64,000 bases of DNA from Negaprion brevirostris (taxonomy: Eukaryota): positions 25,145,096 through 25,209,095 of the forward strand of contig JARDVH010000121.1 of NCBI GenBank assembly GCA_030324005.1, read 5' to 3'. Position 1 is the stretch's first letter. Every line of letters starts with the position of its first letter. A program made the position numbers and the translations under genes. The notes beneath the pieces were generated by a model, which worked only from the letters and a program-made list of their open reading frames with translations, searched no databases and was not told the DNA's origin. Shown piece by piece: positions 12,791 to 25,015 of this stretch.

Positions 12791-12904
12791 CATGGTGAAA
12801 ATCGGAATTTTCTCGACCAAAAGACAGTTGAGGCTGAGTAAACTGAATATTTCAAAATAAACATTGCTAGACTTCTGGTGGGTAAGATAAAGTGAGCATA
12901 CTTA

Positions 12905-12985
12905 TTGGTTTCAAGTAAGGCTTACATTAACACTGTAATGAAGTTCCTGTGAAAATCCCTTAGTCGCTACACGCTGGCACTTCGG
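12905..12985 (-). mobile_element. Type-B SINE tail
   Basis: ggcttacattaacactgtaatgaagttcctgtgaaaatccct. Confidence 0.65.
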
Positions 12986-13311
12986 GATGTAGATCTGCCA
13001 TGACCCAACTGAATGAAGGAAGAGGAGTAAGTGACTGAATGGCCTACTCCTATGCTTTTATATTGTTCAACTACTTAAAGCAGCATCGTAACTCTTTGCC
13101 ACCCAAAATCACACAAATGCTTCATATCAGCAGAACCGAGCAGCTGGGACCAGACAGCTGTGTGAGCAACGCAAGTTTGTTTTAGCCCAGACAATGCTCT
13201 TTTGCGGTGTTAATTGGTTAATCATCCTGGGTGGGGGCCCATTATTTTTACCTGATGCTATAGTCGGACATGACCTATTGTTAAACATAAATATCATTGC
13301 CACACACGGCG

Positions 13312-13505
13312 AAAAGCAAAACACTGTGGATGCTGGAAATCAGAAAGTAAAATAGAAAACGCTGGAAACACTCAGAGGGTCTGCCAGCAGCTTTTGAAAG
13401 AAATAAATGTTTCAGGTCAATGACCTTTCACCAAATTCTGGTGATTGACATTTCTCTCGACAGTTGCTGCCTGACCCACATTGCCAGCATCTTCTGTTTT
13501 TATTA
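13312..13505. repeat. Inverted pair of Penelope terminal repeats
   Basis: Left arm is antisense and right arm is sense. The minus strand carries TTGGTGA-a-aggtc-att-gacct-GAAA-catt, a degenerate hammerhead with a perfect 5-bp stem II. Confidence 0.65.
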
Positions 13506-14249
13506 TTGTCAATCAGATTTCTGGAAGATCACCAGTCACACCGCTAAGGAATGATCACCAATCTGGGGACAGCGATGGAATTAGATGGGCCCCTTTGTAA
13601 TTGACAGGTCATTGGGCTGTGAATTTTCTTATCCAGGAGCACATGGGTTTGGGTACAGATGAAAGTTAACATTGGGGAAATGCATCAGGAAGTTGACTGA
13701 AACCTGCCAACCCCTGTACTTAACTGTAGTGCATTAGGTTACATGTGAGCAGCTTCCTTGGGAGAGGTGTGCTGTCAGTTTCACAATGTTAAATTCATAA
13801 TCATTATGACATTAACATGGCTTTTGCTCTTTAACTGTGGGTCTAGGGATTTCATGGGCTTCCTGGAACTTGCCGATAAAAGCCAGATGAGAACACAGTG
13901 GCAACTGATAGTGTTGAAAACATGTCTGAGAAACAAGTTAAAAAGTGCTGAAACCTCACAGCTGCTTCCTTGCCTACTTGTGTGAAAGGCTTCGTTCATG
14001 ATTCTTGTGCTGAGTAGTTACTTGGATAACTTTGGAGATTTGTATGCGTGATCTCCTGTTTAGGAGCTCGGATCTATTTGATCTGCAGAAGTGCTGCTTA
14101 GGTTGTTCTACTTTAGACTTTGGATGATGACCAAAGTGACCAGTGGCAGCAACAATAGCATCGCTGGGAACACGAAGAAGTGGAAGCTGCGATGGTGCAT
14201 TACCCTCTGGAGCGCCACAGGAAAGAGGGAATCAGCAGAGAGGTGCAGA

Positions 14250-15160
14250 TGAAAGGATGTGATAGCAGTCACACAGGATGTACAGGTAGAGGATAATCTT
14301 ATTCAATGTGTCCGACCATCAGCGGCTCAGGGAGGCTCCAGGTCCTCATGTCAGATGGCGAGAGACATTAGCAGCCTGTTGGAATAAGACCTGTCAGGTG
14401 GATCTAGTGGCTGTGCTTCACTAATGACTATCAAAGTCACCACCAGCCTTAACTTTTTGCCAATGTATCTTTCCAGAGATGGAGACATTTACAGGACCTT
14501 GTAGTGAGCACCTGATAAGACTGATAGACTGATGGCTTGATTGCCAAGGAGGTCTATTATGCCAACTTTGCCATGGATGATGCCAGTCAGAATAAGCAGG
14601 CACTTGGGATTGCAGCACTGGTTGGCTTCCCAAAGGTTCAGGATGTCATGAACTGCACACTAGTGGAAACAAAGCCACCCACACATCATCCTGGAATGCT
14701 TATCATGGGGTATCTGCAAAAAGATGCTCATGCATGTGTAAGAAAGACTGCTGGACAGCTGCCCTGATGCTTTTGTTCTGTGGCAGTTCCCACTCCCTCA
14801 TTTCTTTGCACATCAAGGCAGGTTTACCAGCTGGCTGCTCGGAGACAATGGAAAGCTACTTAAAACATGGCTGACAACACCCATAGAAACCCAATCAATG
14901 AGTCACAGGAGTGATGCAATGAGAGCCACATAATAGCCAGATGTGTCTTTGAACAAGCCATCGACAGACTGAGGAAGTGCTAAAACTGCTGGGACTGATC
15001 TGGAAGCATCCTTCATTACTGAGCAACCAGAATCTCCAGCAGCGACGTAGTTTGCTCCCACAGCAATATATTGCACAGAACGTGGGTTGAACATAAACCA
15101 GAGCAAGGCATTGATTTCATATGAATCTGAGGAGGAGGAGGTGGAAAATGATTTGGTCAG
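14250..15160 (+). pseudogene. PIF/Harbinger (HARBI1-like) DDE transposase fossil
   Basis: Motifs in the expected order: KVTT.LNF (~14433), GFPKVQDVMNCTLV (consensus GFPxVqGaIDCTHV, ~14624), WLLGDNG..LKTWLTTP (~14832), FEQAIDRL (~14948), LH near 15070, acidic tail. Frameshifted, with the catalytic Asp changed to Asn. Confidence 0.78.
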
Positions 15161-16879
15161 TGTGTCAACAGTGACACATATTGCTGCTCAAGATGCTTTT
15201 GTCATTGTGACCATTAGTTAGATTCCAAAGCTCCACCCATCTGACAACCACATGTACTTTCCGCTGCCACCCCAGCTGTGCCAACCTCCATACTCTGTCA
15301 ATACAAAGCAGTTCTTAAAACCACCATCGCCTCCATAAACCCCTCCATCCACCTCTATCATTGCTTGATGTCAATTCTTGTCTGCCCATTCATCACAAGT
15401 GAAAAGACCACTTGCCAGAAAGTGACCAGGAAGAGGTGGAAAGAAATACTTCTGCGGCTCCAACCATAAAGCACAAATTTATAACTCTAACATCATGCGA
15501 TATGTCCATGTACATTCCCTCAGACAAACCTTTACTTGACATTTTTTGAGCACGAAGATGCTGCAATCTCTGTGACTTTAGCAGAGATAGAGGCAGGTTG
15601 CTCAAATTTTTGCTGAGTGCAGAGATGCTCTTGGTTGATGTTTTTTGAGTTTTGATGATCATGAGAGCCCTGTCAGAGAATGTTCCACTTGCAACTGTAA
15701 AGGGGCAGATTCGGTGGTCAGGAGATAAGGCAGCATGTGGGCCACTGACTGGCAGGGTGGGAAGTGGAGGCTTTTTGTGCTGGACCTCCTCCGTCATGTC
15801 CCCCTTCACCATTTTTCTTCTTCTGCCCCTCCCGCATTCCCTCCTTGAGAGCACTTGGATGTTGCTCAGTGGAACAGTGGCCAGTCAAGTGGACTAGGCC
15901 ATTGTGCCAGTGAAACAAAGGAGTAACTGCAATTGCCCATGAGATTAGCGACAGCAATGCAGTGCCACGCCTGTATATCAAGTTTTGAATCAGAGCCAGA
16001 AGATAAGCACAATGGTACATTCACCAATCCTGAAATGTGTATCATCCCCAATCCTCTCCACCTGTCTTCTCCAGCCTGCTCCAGTCTCACACCAATCTGT
16101 AGCGACAATAAAAACTTGTTTTTTATATACTGCACGTTGAGCTGCTGAATACACTGGCTTCTCTGTCAAAAAAATTCTTACCATTGTTAAGAAGCATGAG
16201 ACTCCAGTTCCTTTTTGCAGAAGGCATCAATAGCCCTCTCCGAACCCTCTTCCATCTCCCTGTCGTCACAATACTGTCAAGACAGCCTTTGTGTGTGGAC
16301 AGATCACCAATTCCTTGGTCTACCCTGTGAGGATGCAGTAACAATCCTAGCCAGATCCAACTAGTCAGTTCAACACATCTAAAATTACTCTTGAATCTTT
16401 CCAGACTCTTCCCATGAGCTGGGTATCTTGAAAATGACCACCCCTGCAATTGGGTCACGCCAATGAAGAACCCTTCTTACAGTTGAATGCTTGTTGTTTG
16501 ATGAGTGTTTGACAAATTTATTACATTGTTCAGCATGGTCCAAATTTGGGATCCCAGCATTGTATCAGATGCGTGGGCTCTTTCACCACCTTCCACCATG
16601 CACTGGGGTGGTCACTACCTGTGCCCTATTCCTGATGGAATGCCATGTTGGCCATGCAGTAAGTGACTGATAAGCACATGTTGCCCCAGTGAAGCAGTAT
16701 AGTGTCTCTGTAGCTCTGCCTCCTGCTGCATGATGGCAGCAAATCTTGCACCCATCGTGTCTTCAAAATGGTCCAGTGCCATCTCTCAATTCGCGTCATG
16801 CCTGTGGTCAATGCAGCAAGGAGGATTCACTTGGAGACACCTGATATCTTGCAATAGTTGAAAAACAAAAGAAACTTTC

Positions 16880-17150
16880 TCCTCCAATTTTAGCCTTTGG
16901 CTCATTCTCAATTTCTGTCACCCCATGACTTACAGCCTTATTTTGAAATATTTAGGCCCAAAGTTTTAGAATTCCCTTCTTAAAGCCATCTCTCTATCTC
17001 TTTATCCTCTTTTTTTGTCAATTCTTTTTGACAAATCCTTGAATCGCATGTTCTGAGGTGTCTTTATTCCCTTGTCAGCTTCCTGTTTGAATAGGTTCCA
17101 GTAAATATCCTTGGAATGTTAAAGGTGTTGAGTAAATGTAAATTGTTGTT
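16880..17150 (+). mobile_element. L2-type LINE 3' end
   Basis: taggcccaaagttttagaattcccttcttaaa...ccttggaatgttaaaggtg...aaatgtaaattgttgtt fits the recalled L2 tail shared with Deu-SINEs. Confidence 0.55.
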
Positions 17151-18564
17151 ATGATTCTGGGCTCAGGCTATAATTTATCTAGAGAAGAGGTGGTAAAAGT
17201 TGTATTTTAATTCACAGAGGCAAGGAGGTTGCTTATGGTAGTACATAGCAACACTGAATCTGAGAAATTATCTGTTGTAAAAATCCCCCCAAAATGTTAC
17301 TTAATAATGAATGTTTTAGATGCCTCACAGCGTTAATATTGATTGCCAAAATTTGCCAAACCAGCTCTCTAAGCAAAATGATTGCAAGGCAGTACTAGAC
17401 AGTGCGACTTTGCAGGTAGGAATTAGTTATTGGGACAGAATGATCTCAGCCAATATGTATTTGTTACATTATCAGGTATGTTTGCTAATCTGAATCAGGA
17501 TTGTGTGGGAGTGGGGGGTGGGGCCAATACTTATTGAGTCAAAGACATGTAGCAGCTCATGTTCTGAGGATTTAGCCACTGCAGCCAAATGTTTTGATTA
17601 TTTGTCTGCAAAGTTAGAGATTCAGGTAAGTTCTTAGCTTTGTTTTCACACAACTTGTTATTTAGACAGTTTGTGAAGAAGGCCTTTCTACATTCCACTT
17701 TACGTTTGTTACCGGCACATTCGTGCAATGGTAGCATGAATTCACTTCTTGTAAAATTGGGGTTAATTTTGGGCTAAGTTCTGGCTTTCCATATACAGTG
17801 TCATAACATTATATATATTTACATGGTGGCTAGTAGACTCAGACATCTGTGCTTGTTTCATTCTAAATATTTTAGTCTGTATTTGAGGTTAGTATGAAAG
17901 CATATGCTAAGGTATTGCCCAACTTGATTGTTTGAGTCTTCTTGATTATCACAGCCCTCAGAGTGGGATCAGGGGCTTAGCTTGTTCAGAACAGAATTGT
18001 TTTAAACTCTTGTATACTCTATCAATGGGGCAGACAGCTCTATACAACCCTAACCTATCTTTGATGCATCCATTTTGTGTAATGTTAAATGGAATGTGAG
18101 GATTATGAATAGGTGTACACTGAGTGAGACAATTTATTGATTCAGAACTTCAAGATGAAGGTTTGATACTTGGTTAGGTTCAGATTTGTGCTGGTTGGCT
18201 TCAGGTTTTCTTCGAGATAGTTAACTGTGTTCATGTATCTTATGGGAAATAATACTGTGAACTTGTGGAAATATCCTTGGATCTGAAACTTTTAGACATT
18301 TCACAATATCTTTATCTACACTATTCCTTCACTGGACAAAAGCAAACTAATTTTCTTAGAGAAAAATTCCACAGAATATCAGCCAAAGGTCAGCTTCCTG
18401 AGTATTCATTTGTTTGAGTTGCTGATAGTAACATGTTTAACTGTGTAACGACCTCTTTTATGTAGGAACAATTTATGTCACTAAAAAATTACATGTATAA
18501 ACGTTACATAAATGGTGTTAAATCTAATAACATGACTAGATGTCAGTAACCTCTAATAAGAAAT

Positions 18565-19320
18565 CAATGGCAGAAAATGTCAGTCTCTGGCACGATTTCT
18601 CATTGAGTTTGCATTGGAAATGCTTCACCACTACTGAGAGAGGAATCGGAGAACAATCTTATGTTATAGGGCAGTGAGTAAACAAAGGGCTCAAGCAGTT
18701 CTGTCTGCTCAGGATGTGAAGAGGTGCTATTTGTTTTATTGCACTGGTGTGGCTGACATTACATCAGTGTGCTGAAGCAAATATATAAATAATTACCCTG
18801 TACATAGTCTTCCAGTGTGCACTGCAAACCCATGCTCAGTGGTAGCATCACTGGGGAAGTGGTGGCTGCTGCCAGTACGACACACAGAGATATCCCAGGT
18901 CAGAGATGAATTGGGTGGATGGGGGGGCACAGGGCCGGGGGCTGCAGGGTTGGGATTGGCAGCAAGCACAGGAAATGGCCCTCAGTGGGGTCTCCATTCT
19001 TGATGTTAGGTCCCTTTATCAGGTGCTTAGTGTTTTTCAATGAGAAACACCCCACCCCTGGGAATCCACAGGCATGGTTTGCGCATCATGCTCCCCACAT
19101 GGTGAGTCTTCCACCCATTAATTGGCCACTTAAAGTTCTCAGTGGCGCCGGGAAGGTTATCCACAGACGTAGTGTGGAGGTGGCAAGGTGGAGACCCCAC
19201 CTGCGACCCACCCAGCTGTTTAAATACCTCACCACCATCAAACTCATGACAGGAGGGGGTACACGATTCCACCCTGTAGTCATGCTAAGGGACTCTGTCA
19301 GCATGGAGAATTTTGCAATT
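18565..19320. mobile_element. Non-autonomous DNA element (Harbinger-type MITE-like)
   Basis: Ends ggcagaaaatgtc...ggagaattttgc; internal ttaattggccacttaa motif shared with related elements. Confidence 0.4.
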
Positions 19321-20159
19321 TTTGACTGTGAGGCAGGTTTATAATTTGCTGCTGTGTCAACTTCATTCGAGACTCTCCCAGACTTTGTAGTATGAGGGTT
19401 GTCAATATTCCCTCTACTTCTACCTGTGTGTTGGAGAGCCTGGCTGAGAAGCCCTGAGGACTTGAACACCATCTGACTTAAAAACCAACTTTATTACCAG
19501 CTTGCTGATTATTGGACTCTATTAGGGAAAGGCTTTTAATAGTCTATCGCAGCTGCGTGCTAGGCCGCTGAAGAGAAGTCTGCTGATATTTAAATCATGA
19601 AGTAATATTAGGAAATGCTAATTTGGGTTTAGGATTCCAGTCTGTCATGGTACATTTATATATAATAAAGAAATAAATAGACTATGTCTAAATATCACAG
19701 ACAATATTCAGAGGCTATTTGAAATACTACCCTCACCAATGCAGCCAGAAGTACTTGGACCAAACGTTTTGCCTGTTGGCTTGTGAAGCATTTTAATATT
19801 AGCTCTTCATCAAAGATTAATTGTTGAGTGAGGCTGCTTTCAGTCAATGTTCCTGCCCCAAACCAATCCATCTTTCTGACAATAGAATCCAAAACTATAG
19901 GAACTTCTAATTCCTGTCATGACAAAGCAATGTTGCATTGACAGTTTGACTGAAGTTGTCTTTCATATTTAAGCTTCTGCTGTTTTACAAACGTGAGATA
20001 TGGAAGTTTTTCACCCCATTAATCTAGGCTTAGTGACAGGGTTCAAACTGAAATGTTTAATCACTGACTGAGATTTGAGTTCAACTTCAGGAAATAAATG
20101 AAACATTTGGAGAGACACTCTTTACTCTTCCTGACCTTTGGAAAGATGCAAAGGTTCAT

Positions 20160-20482
20160 TTGGCTTCAATTTGGCTAACATTGCTGCCTCACAGCCCCAC
20201 CCTGCATTGCATGACTGTTAAACTCCACACATTCTCCCTGTGTCTGCGTGGGTTTCCTCCAGGTGCACTGGTTTCCTGCCATAGTCCAAAGATGTGCAGC
20301 TTAGGTAGATTGGCCATGTTAAATTGCCCCTTAGTGTTCAAAGATGTATTATTTCAGGGGATTAGCCATGGTAAATATATGGGATTACAGAGATAGTGCA
20401 TGGGGAAGATTCTCTGTTGGAGATCCTGTGCAAACTTGATGGGCCAAAAAGCCTCCTTCTACACTGTGATGATTCTATGAAT
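20160..20482 (+). mobile_element. HE1-like V-SINE, degenerate head
   Basis: Core attctccctgtgtctgcgtgggtttcctcc...agtccaaagatgtgc; tail gcctccttctacactgtgatgattctatga. Confidence 0.8.
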
Positions 20483-21274
20483 CAGTAGTTTTGTACAAGC
20501 TTGAGATTGGTGTCCACTTTACTTTATTGTCCAGGTGGATTTGTTTGACTCAATGCTTCTCTGTGTAAACATTCATGAGTATAGAGTGCTAAGCGATGGT
20601 GCTGGGATAGGAGTCGACTGTAGATTTTTGTAATAGACACAAATGCAATCTTCTTAGAAAAGGTAGCTGCTATGCGTGTGCTGAAATGCCTGGCCTCTCC
20701 TAACTACATTTCTCTTATCAACACTATTCGGCTCGAATATTGAATATATAATAATACCATTGCTTGAGAGAAATCAGTTCAGAACAGCTAAAATGTGAAA
20801 GTGGTTATNNNNNNNNNNNNNNNNNNNNNNNNNNNNNNNNNNNNNNNNNNNNNNNNNNNNNNNNNNNNNNNNNNNNNNNNNNNNNNNNNNNNNNNNNNNN
20901 NNNNNNNNNNNNNNNNNNNNNNNNNNNNNNNNNNNNNNNNNNNNNNNNNNNNNNNNNNNNNNNNNNNNNNNNNNNNNNNNNNNNNNNNNNNNNNNNNNNN
21001 NNNNNNNNNNNNNNNNNNNNNNNNAAGCAAGTGGTGAATCATGAGAGGTAGCATCCTCACCACGTTCCCAGGGAAAGCCACAATCCATATCCATATCAGA
21101 ACTCCAGAGATCAATTGTACATCCTCTTTCAAAAAAAGAAATTGCAAGAAGAATATCTGCAAAGCATATCCATAGGCATATGGATTCCTCGTTCCCACTT
21201 CTGATGACAGAGTTGAACGTTTTAATGCAAAATAACAATGCATAACTGAGAAGACTAACGTACCCATACTGCAT

Positions 21275-21997
21275 GGACAGAATTTAATGCCCTCTCCAAT
21301 GGTGAGTTTGTTGATGGGCTGGCATTTAATCAGGAGAGAAGATGGCAGATAGGAACCCTACTACCTTCCCGCCTCCACTTTGGTTAAGTCTGTGGTGGGA
21401 AGACCCATGGTCGACTTTCCTACTCAGCCATCAATTAATACCCATTTTAGGGCCTCATTGACATTAACCCAACAGTAAGGGGGAGGGGTGCTCATGCGGG
21501 GGAGCACAACAGCAAACCTCTGATTGCTTGCAGACTCCAGATGGGGATGGAGTTGGGGGAATTGAGGGGGGGGTCGTTGGTAGTGTCCTTCAACGTCAGG
21601 CACTTTGTGACAAAGCATCAGGATGGGGAGCTCACTGAGAGCTACATGTCTTGTCTTTGCTAATGACTTCATCTCCCTCTGCAACTCCCCTCCTCCACTC
21701 ACCCTTTCCCTCCTCATGATCCTGCTCTCACTTACACGTTGCCTGGGATCCAGTGGTGATCTGAGGCCCTGGGCAGGCGTCATAACACCCGGAGCCATGG
21801 CCTGTTGTTGGCCTCTGATTACCCAGAGGCAGGCGGGACTGTCACCATCTAGTCCTCGATCTTGAGATAGGCTTGCTGCTGTCCTATTAAGTGCTTCGAA
21901 TGGCACTTAACTTGACTTGCTACCCTAAAACGCAGGAAGCTCTCACCAGCTCTCCAGCCAGTAGTTGAGACGTCTGTCAGCTATATTAAATGCCACC
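21275..21997. mobile_element. Non-autonomous (probable Harbinger-type) DNA element
   Basis: Terminal aatttaatg...attaaatgcc inverted similarity; homologous to 12600-12790. Confidence 0.5.
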
Positions 21998-22611
21998 TAT
22001 AAGTTGTTTAGATGTGAGCTTGGCTATACATTTCGTTTACTGGTGTTTATTTCTAATTCAGGAATACTTTCGATTCAGAATTGACCACAATATATCTAAT
22101 TCTGATGAAGAGTTTGAATCAGTTTTATTCCCCTCTGTTTTGGGGAAGAGCTAGAGAACGGTGAATAACAACTGCCAACAGATCACAGACTTTGATGTAA
22201 ATTTGTCAGTAGTTATGGGTCAGAACTTTTTTTTATTGAAGCGATTAGGTCAACTGCTGGAGGCTGAAAAATGAAACACTCTTTAATATACATCTTTGAG
22301 TGATCCAGCAGTAAAGCCCTTTCAGTGTGGTTAAATTGTAAAATAGGGCCTTTAGTTGGCTTTTGCTGAATAGCGTATTGATCTACCGTAAATTACATTT
22401 ATCAATCATACTTAGGGATGCCAATCTTCTAGGATTGGCGTAGAGCCATCAAAAATTGAAGATAGATTTGCAGGATGCTGCTGTGTGCAGCACTGGAGAA
22501 AAAGCATTGAGACCCTAAAAAAGTTTTCTTTTGTCATTTTCTTTGAACATTTCTCTTTGCCAGATATAAAAATATTGGAGGAAAAAAACCGGTTTGGCTG
22601 ACAGTCAGACA

Positions 22612-23002
22612 AGGAGGTGATGACATAGTGTTATTATCACTGGGCTAGTAATCTAGAGACCCCAGGTAATGCTCTGGGGAGCCGGGTTTGAATCCCACTA
22701 TGGCAGGTGAAGGAATTTGAATTTAATAAGAATCTGAAATTCAAAGTTTAATGATGACCGTGAAACCTTTGTTGATTGTTGTAAAGGCACATCCGGTTCA
22801 CCCTCATTCAAACTCACTAATGTTGTTTAGGGAAGGAGGTCTGCCATCCTTTCCCGAGCTGGCCTCCATGTGACTCCAGACTGTTGGCTCCTAAATTCCC
22901 TCTGAAATGGCCTTTCAAGCCACTCAGTCCAAGAGGCAATTAGGGATGGACAACATGTTCTAGCCTTGCCGGCAATGCCCATATCCCATGAAAGAAAAAA
23001 AA
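22612..23002 (+). mobile_element. tRNA-derived SINE, third family
   Basis: A-box-like tgacatagtg, B box ggtttgaatccc, body ...cactaatg..tttagggaagga..tctgcc..., tail gcaattagggatgga...cccatatcccatgaaag plus A-run. A 5' part recurs at 48953-49095. Confidence 0.75.
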
Positions 23003-23667
23003 TCATTCAATTGGGTAATGAGTCTTTTTGCTTTCCAATTCGTGTAGGAAAGCAACATATCAGAAAGATGGCTGACCAATGACTGGAGCTTGGGGACAAG
23101 TCATGTGATGAAACTTCCAAGAAAATGTTTAATCGCAGTTGGCAAATCTAGTGATACTTCACAGAATANNNNNNNNNNTGTGGTAATTCAAATTTGTTAC
23201 TGATTAAAATGTCAAGTAAGCTGTGTTTTGAATGGACTTTCTGCAGGATTTATAGAATAAGGTGCATCCAAAGGTAACACTTCACTCAGGTTTGAAATTT
23301 TCTTTTAAAGCATCACTGAGACAGAGCAGCCAAAAGTAGAGATCCCACTGCTTGTGCTTGTCAGTACAGGATGGCGAGAGTGTTTGCTCGGTGCTACCTC
23401 CCCCTTAAGTCTCCAAGGCCCACAATGCTTAGGGGTTCAATCTTTTTCTTGGTCTCTGGACTGCTTCTCTGGCTGGACTCCACTGGAAATCAGAATCCCT
23501 CCTTTCACTCAATACACAGTCCTCCACAATACACTGGAAGTAGACTGAGTCACTGCTGTCTTCTTGGTCCTGCCCCAAAATGGGAAGACAAAGAATTTTT
23601 CGGAAACTCCCAAAAGTTGAACAGTTGAATATTTTAAAAATGTTTAAGTTTTAAATCACATTCAAGT

Positions 23668-23992
23668 ATGGGTCAGCACTGCTCCCTCACGATGTCAGAG
23701 ACCTGGGTTCAATTCTGGCCTTAGGTGACTGTCTGTGTGGAGATTGCACGTTCTCACTGTATCAGCATGGGCTTCCTCCAGGTGCTCCAGCTTCCTCCCA
23801 GAGTCCAAAGATGTGCCAGTTAGATGGATTGGCCATGCTAAATTACCCCTTGGTGTCCAAAGATGTGTTGATTGGGAGGATTAATGGGGTAAATATATGG
23901 AGATAGGGCATGGGTAAAATGTTCTGTTGGAGAGTCAATGCAGACTTGAAGGGCTCAATGGCCTCCTTCTGCACTGTCAGTTTTCCATGAAA
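23668..23992 (+). mobile_element. HE1-like V-SINE
   Basis: B box ggttcaattc, V core, tail atggcctccttctgcactgt. Confidence 0.85.
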
Positions 23993-24194
23993 TCTTTAAT
24001 TATATAAGTTGTGAACAACAACATTTTTAATAATGTTTTCTGATGCTGCTCAGTCATGGGCATTTTACTGAACAATTTATTTTCCTGGAGGAAATACCTT
24101 TAAAAAATGGCTGGGGATGATGAATCTGAATGAAAACCTTTTGTTTTGCACTATTTTTGCTTGGTAGATGATGGCATGCTTTGTAAAAAAGAGT

Positions 24195-24515
24195 TTCATT
24201 CATGTAAAGCCTTTCCTGACCTTGGAACAAACCAAAGCACTTTATAATAATTGAAACCACTCTTGCAATGAATGAAGCATGCAGCCAATTTGCAGATAGC
24301 AAAGTTCTTGCAAACAGTAATGATTGGCTATTTTTTTAAAATGATGAATAAATATTGAGTAATAAAGATTGGTCAGGACACACTCGGCAGAACTTTGAAA
24401 AGGGCCAGAGGATCCACCTGAAAATACAGATATGGTCGTGAATGAGTCACCTGAAAAACAGCACGTCTGAATGTGCAGCACTCCCTCAACACTTCACCAT
24501 CGGCCTAACCTTAGA
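24195..24515 (-). mobile_element. SacSINE1/Deu-type SINE, degenerate
   Basis: ccacctga...cacctgaaaaacagcacgtctgaatgtgcagcactccctca resembles the reverse complement of the recalled Deu domain. Confidence 0.55.
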
Positions 24516-24517
24516 TA

Positions 24518-24681
24518 AATGCAAAGTACTGTGGATGCTGAAATCTGAAACAAAAACAGAAAAAGGTGGAAAATCTCAGCAGGTCTGACAGCATCCGTGG
24601 GGAGAGCATAGAGCTAACTTTTCCAGTCTAGGTGACCCTTCTTCAGAGCTTTGGTGAAGCTAGACGTGAAACGTTAGCTTT
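24518..24681. repeat. Penelope terminal repeat with back-to-back hammerhead motifs
   Basis: Minus: agct CTGAAGA agggtc accta gactg GAAA ag TT agct. Plus: agct TTGGTGA agctagacgt GAAA cg TT agct. Confidence 0.7.
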
Positions 24682-25015
24682 GTAAATGTGAGGTCATCCA
24701 TTTTGGTAGGAATAACAGCAAAATGGATTATTATTTAAATGGTAAAAAATTGCAGCATGCTGCTATGCAGAGGGACTTGGTTGTTCTTTTGCAGGAATCT
24801 CAAGGAGTTAGTTTGAGGTGCAGCAGGTAATTATAAAGGCAAATGGAATTTTGTCCTTCATTGCTAGAGGGATGGTGTTTAAAAACAATGAGGTTAAGTT
24901 ACAGCTGGAGTACTGTGTACGGTTTTGATCTCCTTACTTGAGAAAGAATATACTGGCACTGGAGAGCGTACAGAGGAAATTCACTAGGTTGATTGCGGAG
25001 TTAAAAGGGTTGGTC
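24682..25015 (+). mobile_element. CR1/HER1 LINE fragment
   Basis: KCEVIHFGRNN...QRDL.V...KANGILSFIARG...LEYCV.F.SPYLRK.ILALE.VQR.FTRLI. Confidence 0.85.

Larger units (their letters stand above)
11560..13060 (+). mobile_element. CR1/HER1-like LINE, decayed, with nested insertions
   Basis: Decayed RT (F.K.FNKV.HKRLL.K....WL..GKQRV) at ~11620-11750 and a 3' tail (actgaatggcctactcctatg) at ~13035. Interrupted by a Penelope repeat, a MITE-like element and a SINE tail. Confidence 0.65.

Noticed and set aside
21200-21222. CTGATGA...GAACGTT hammerhead-like string
   Set aside because: It has no stem II, no GAAA and no Penelope flank.
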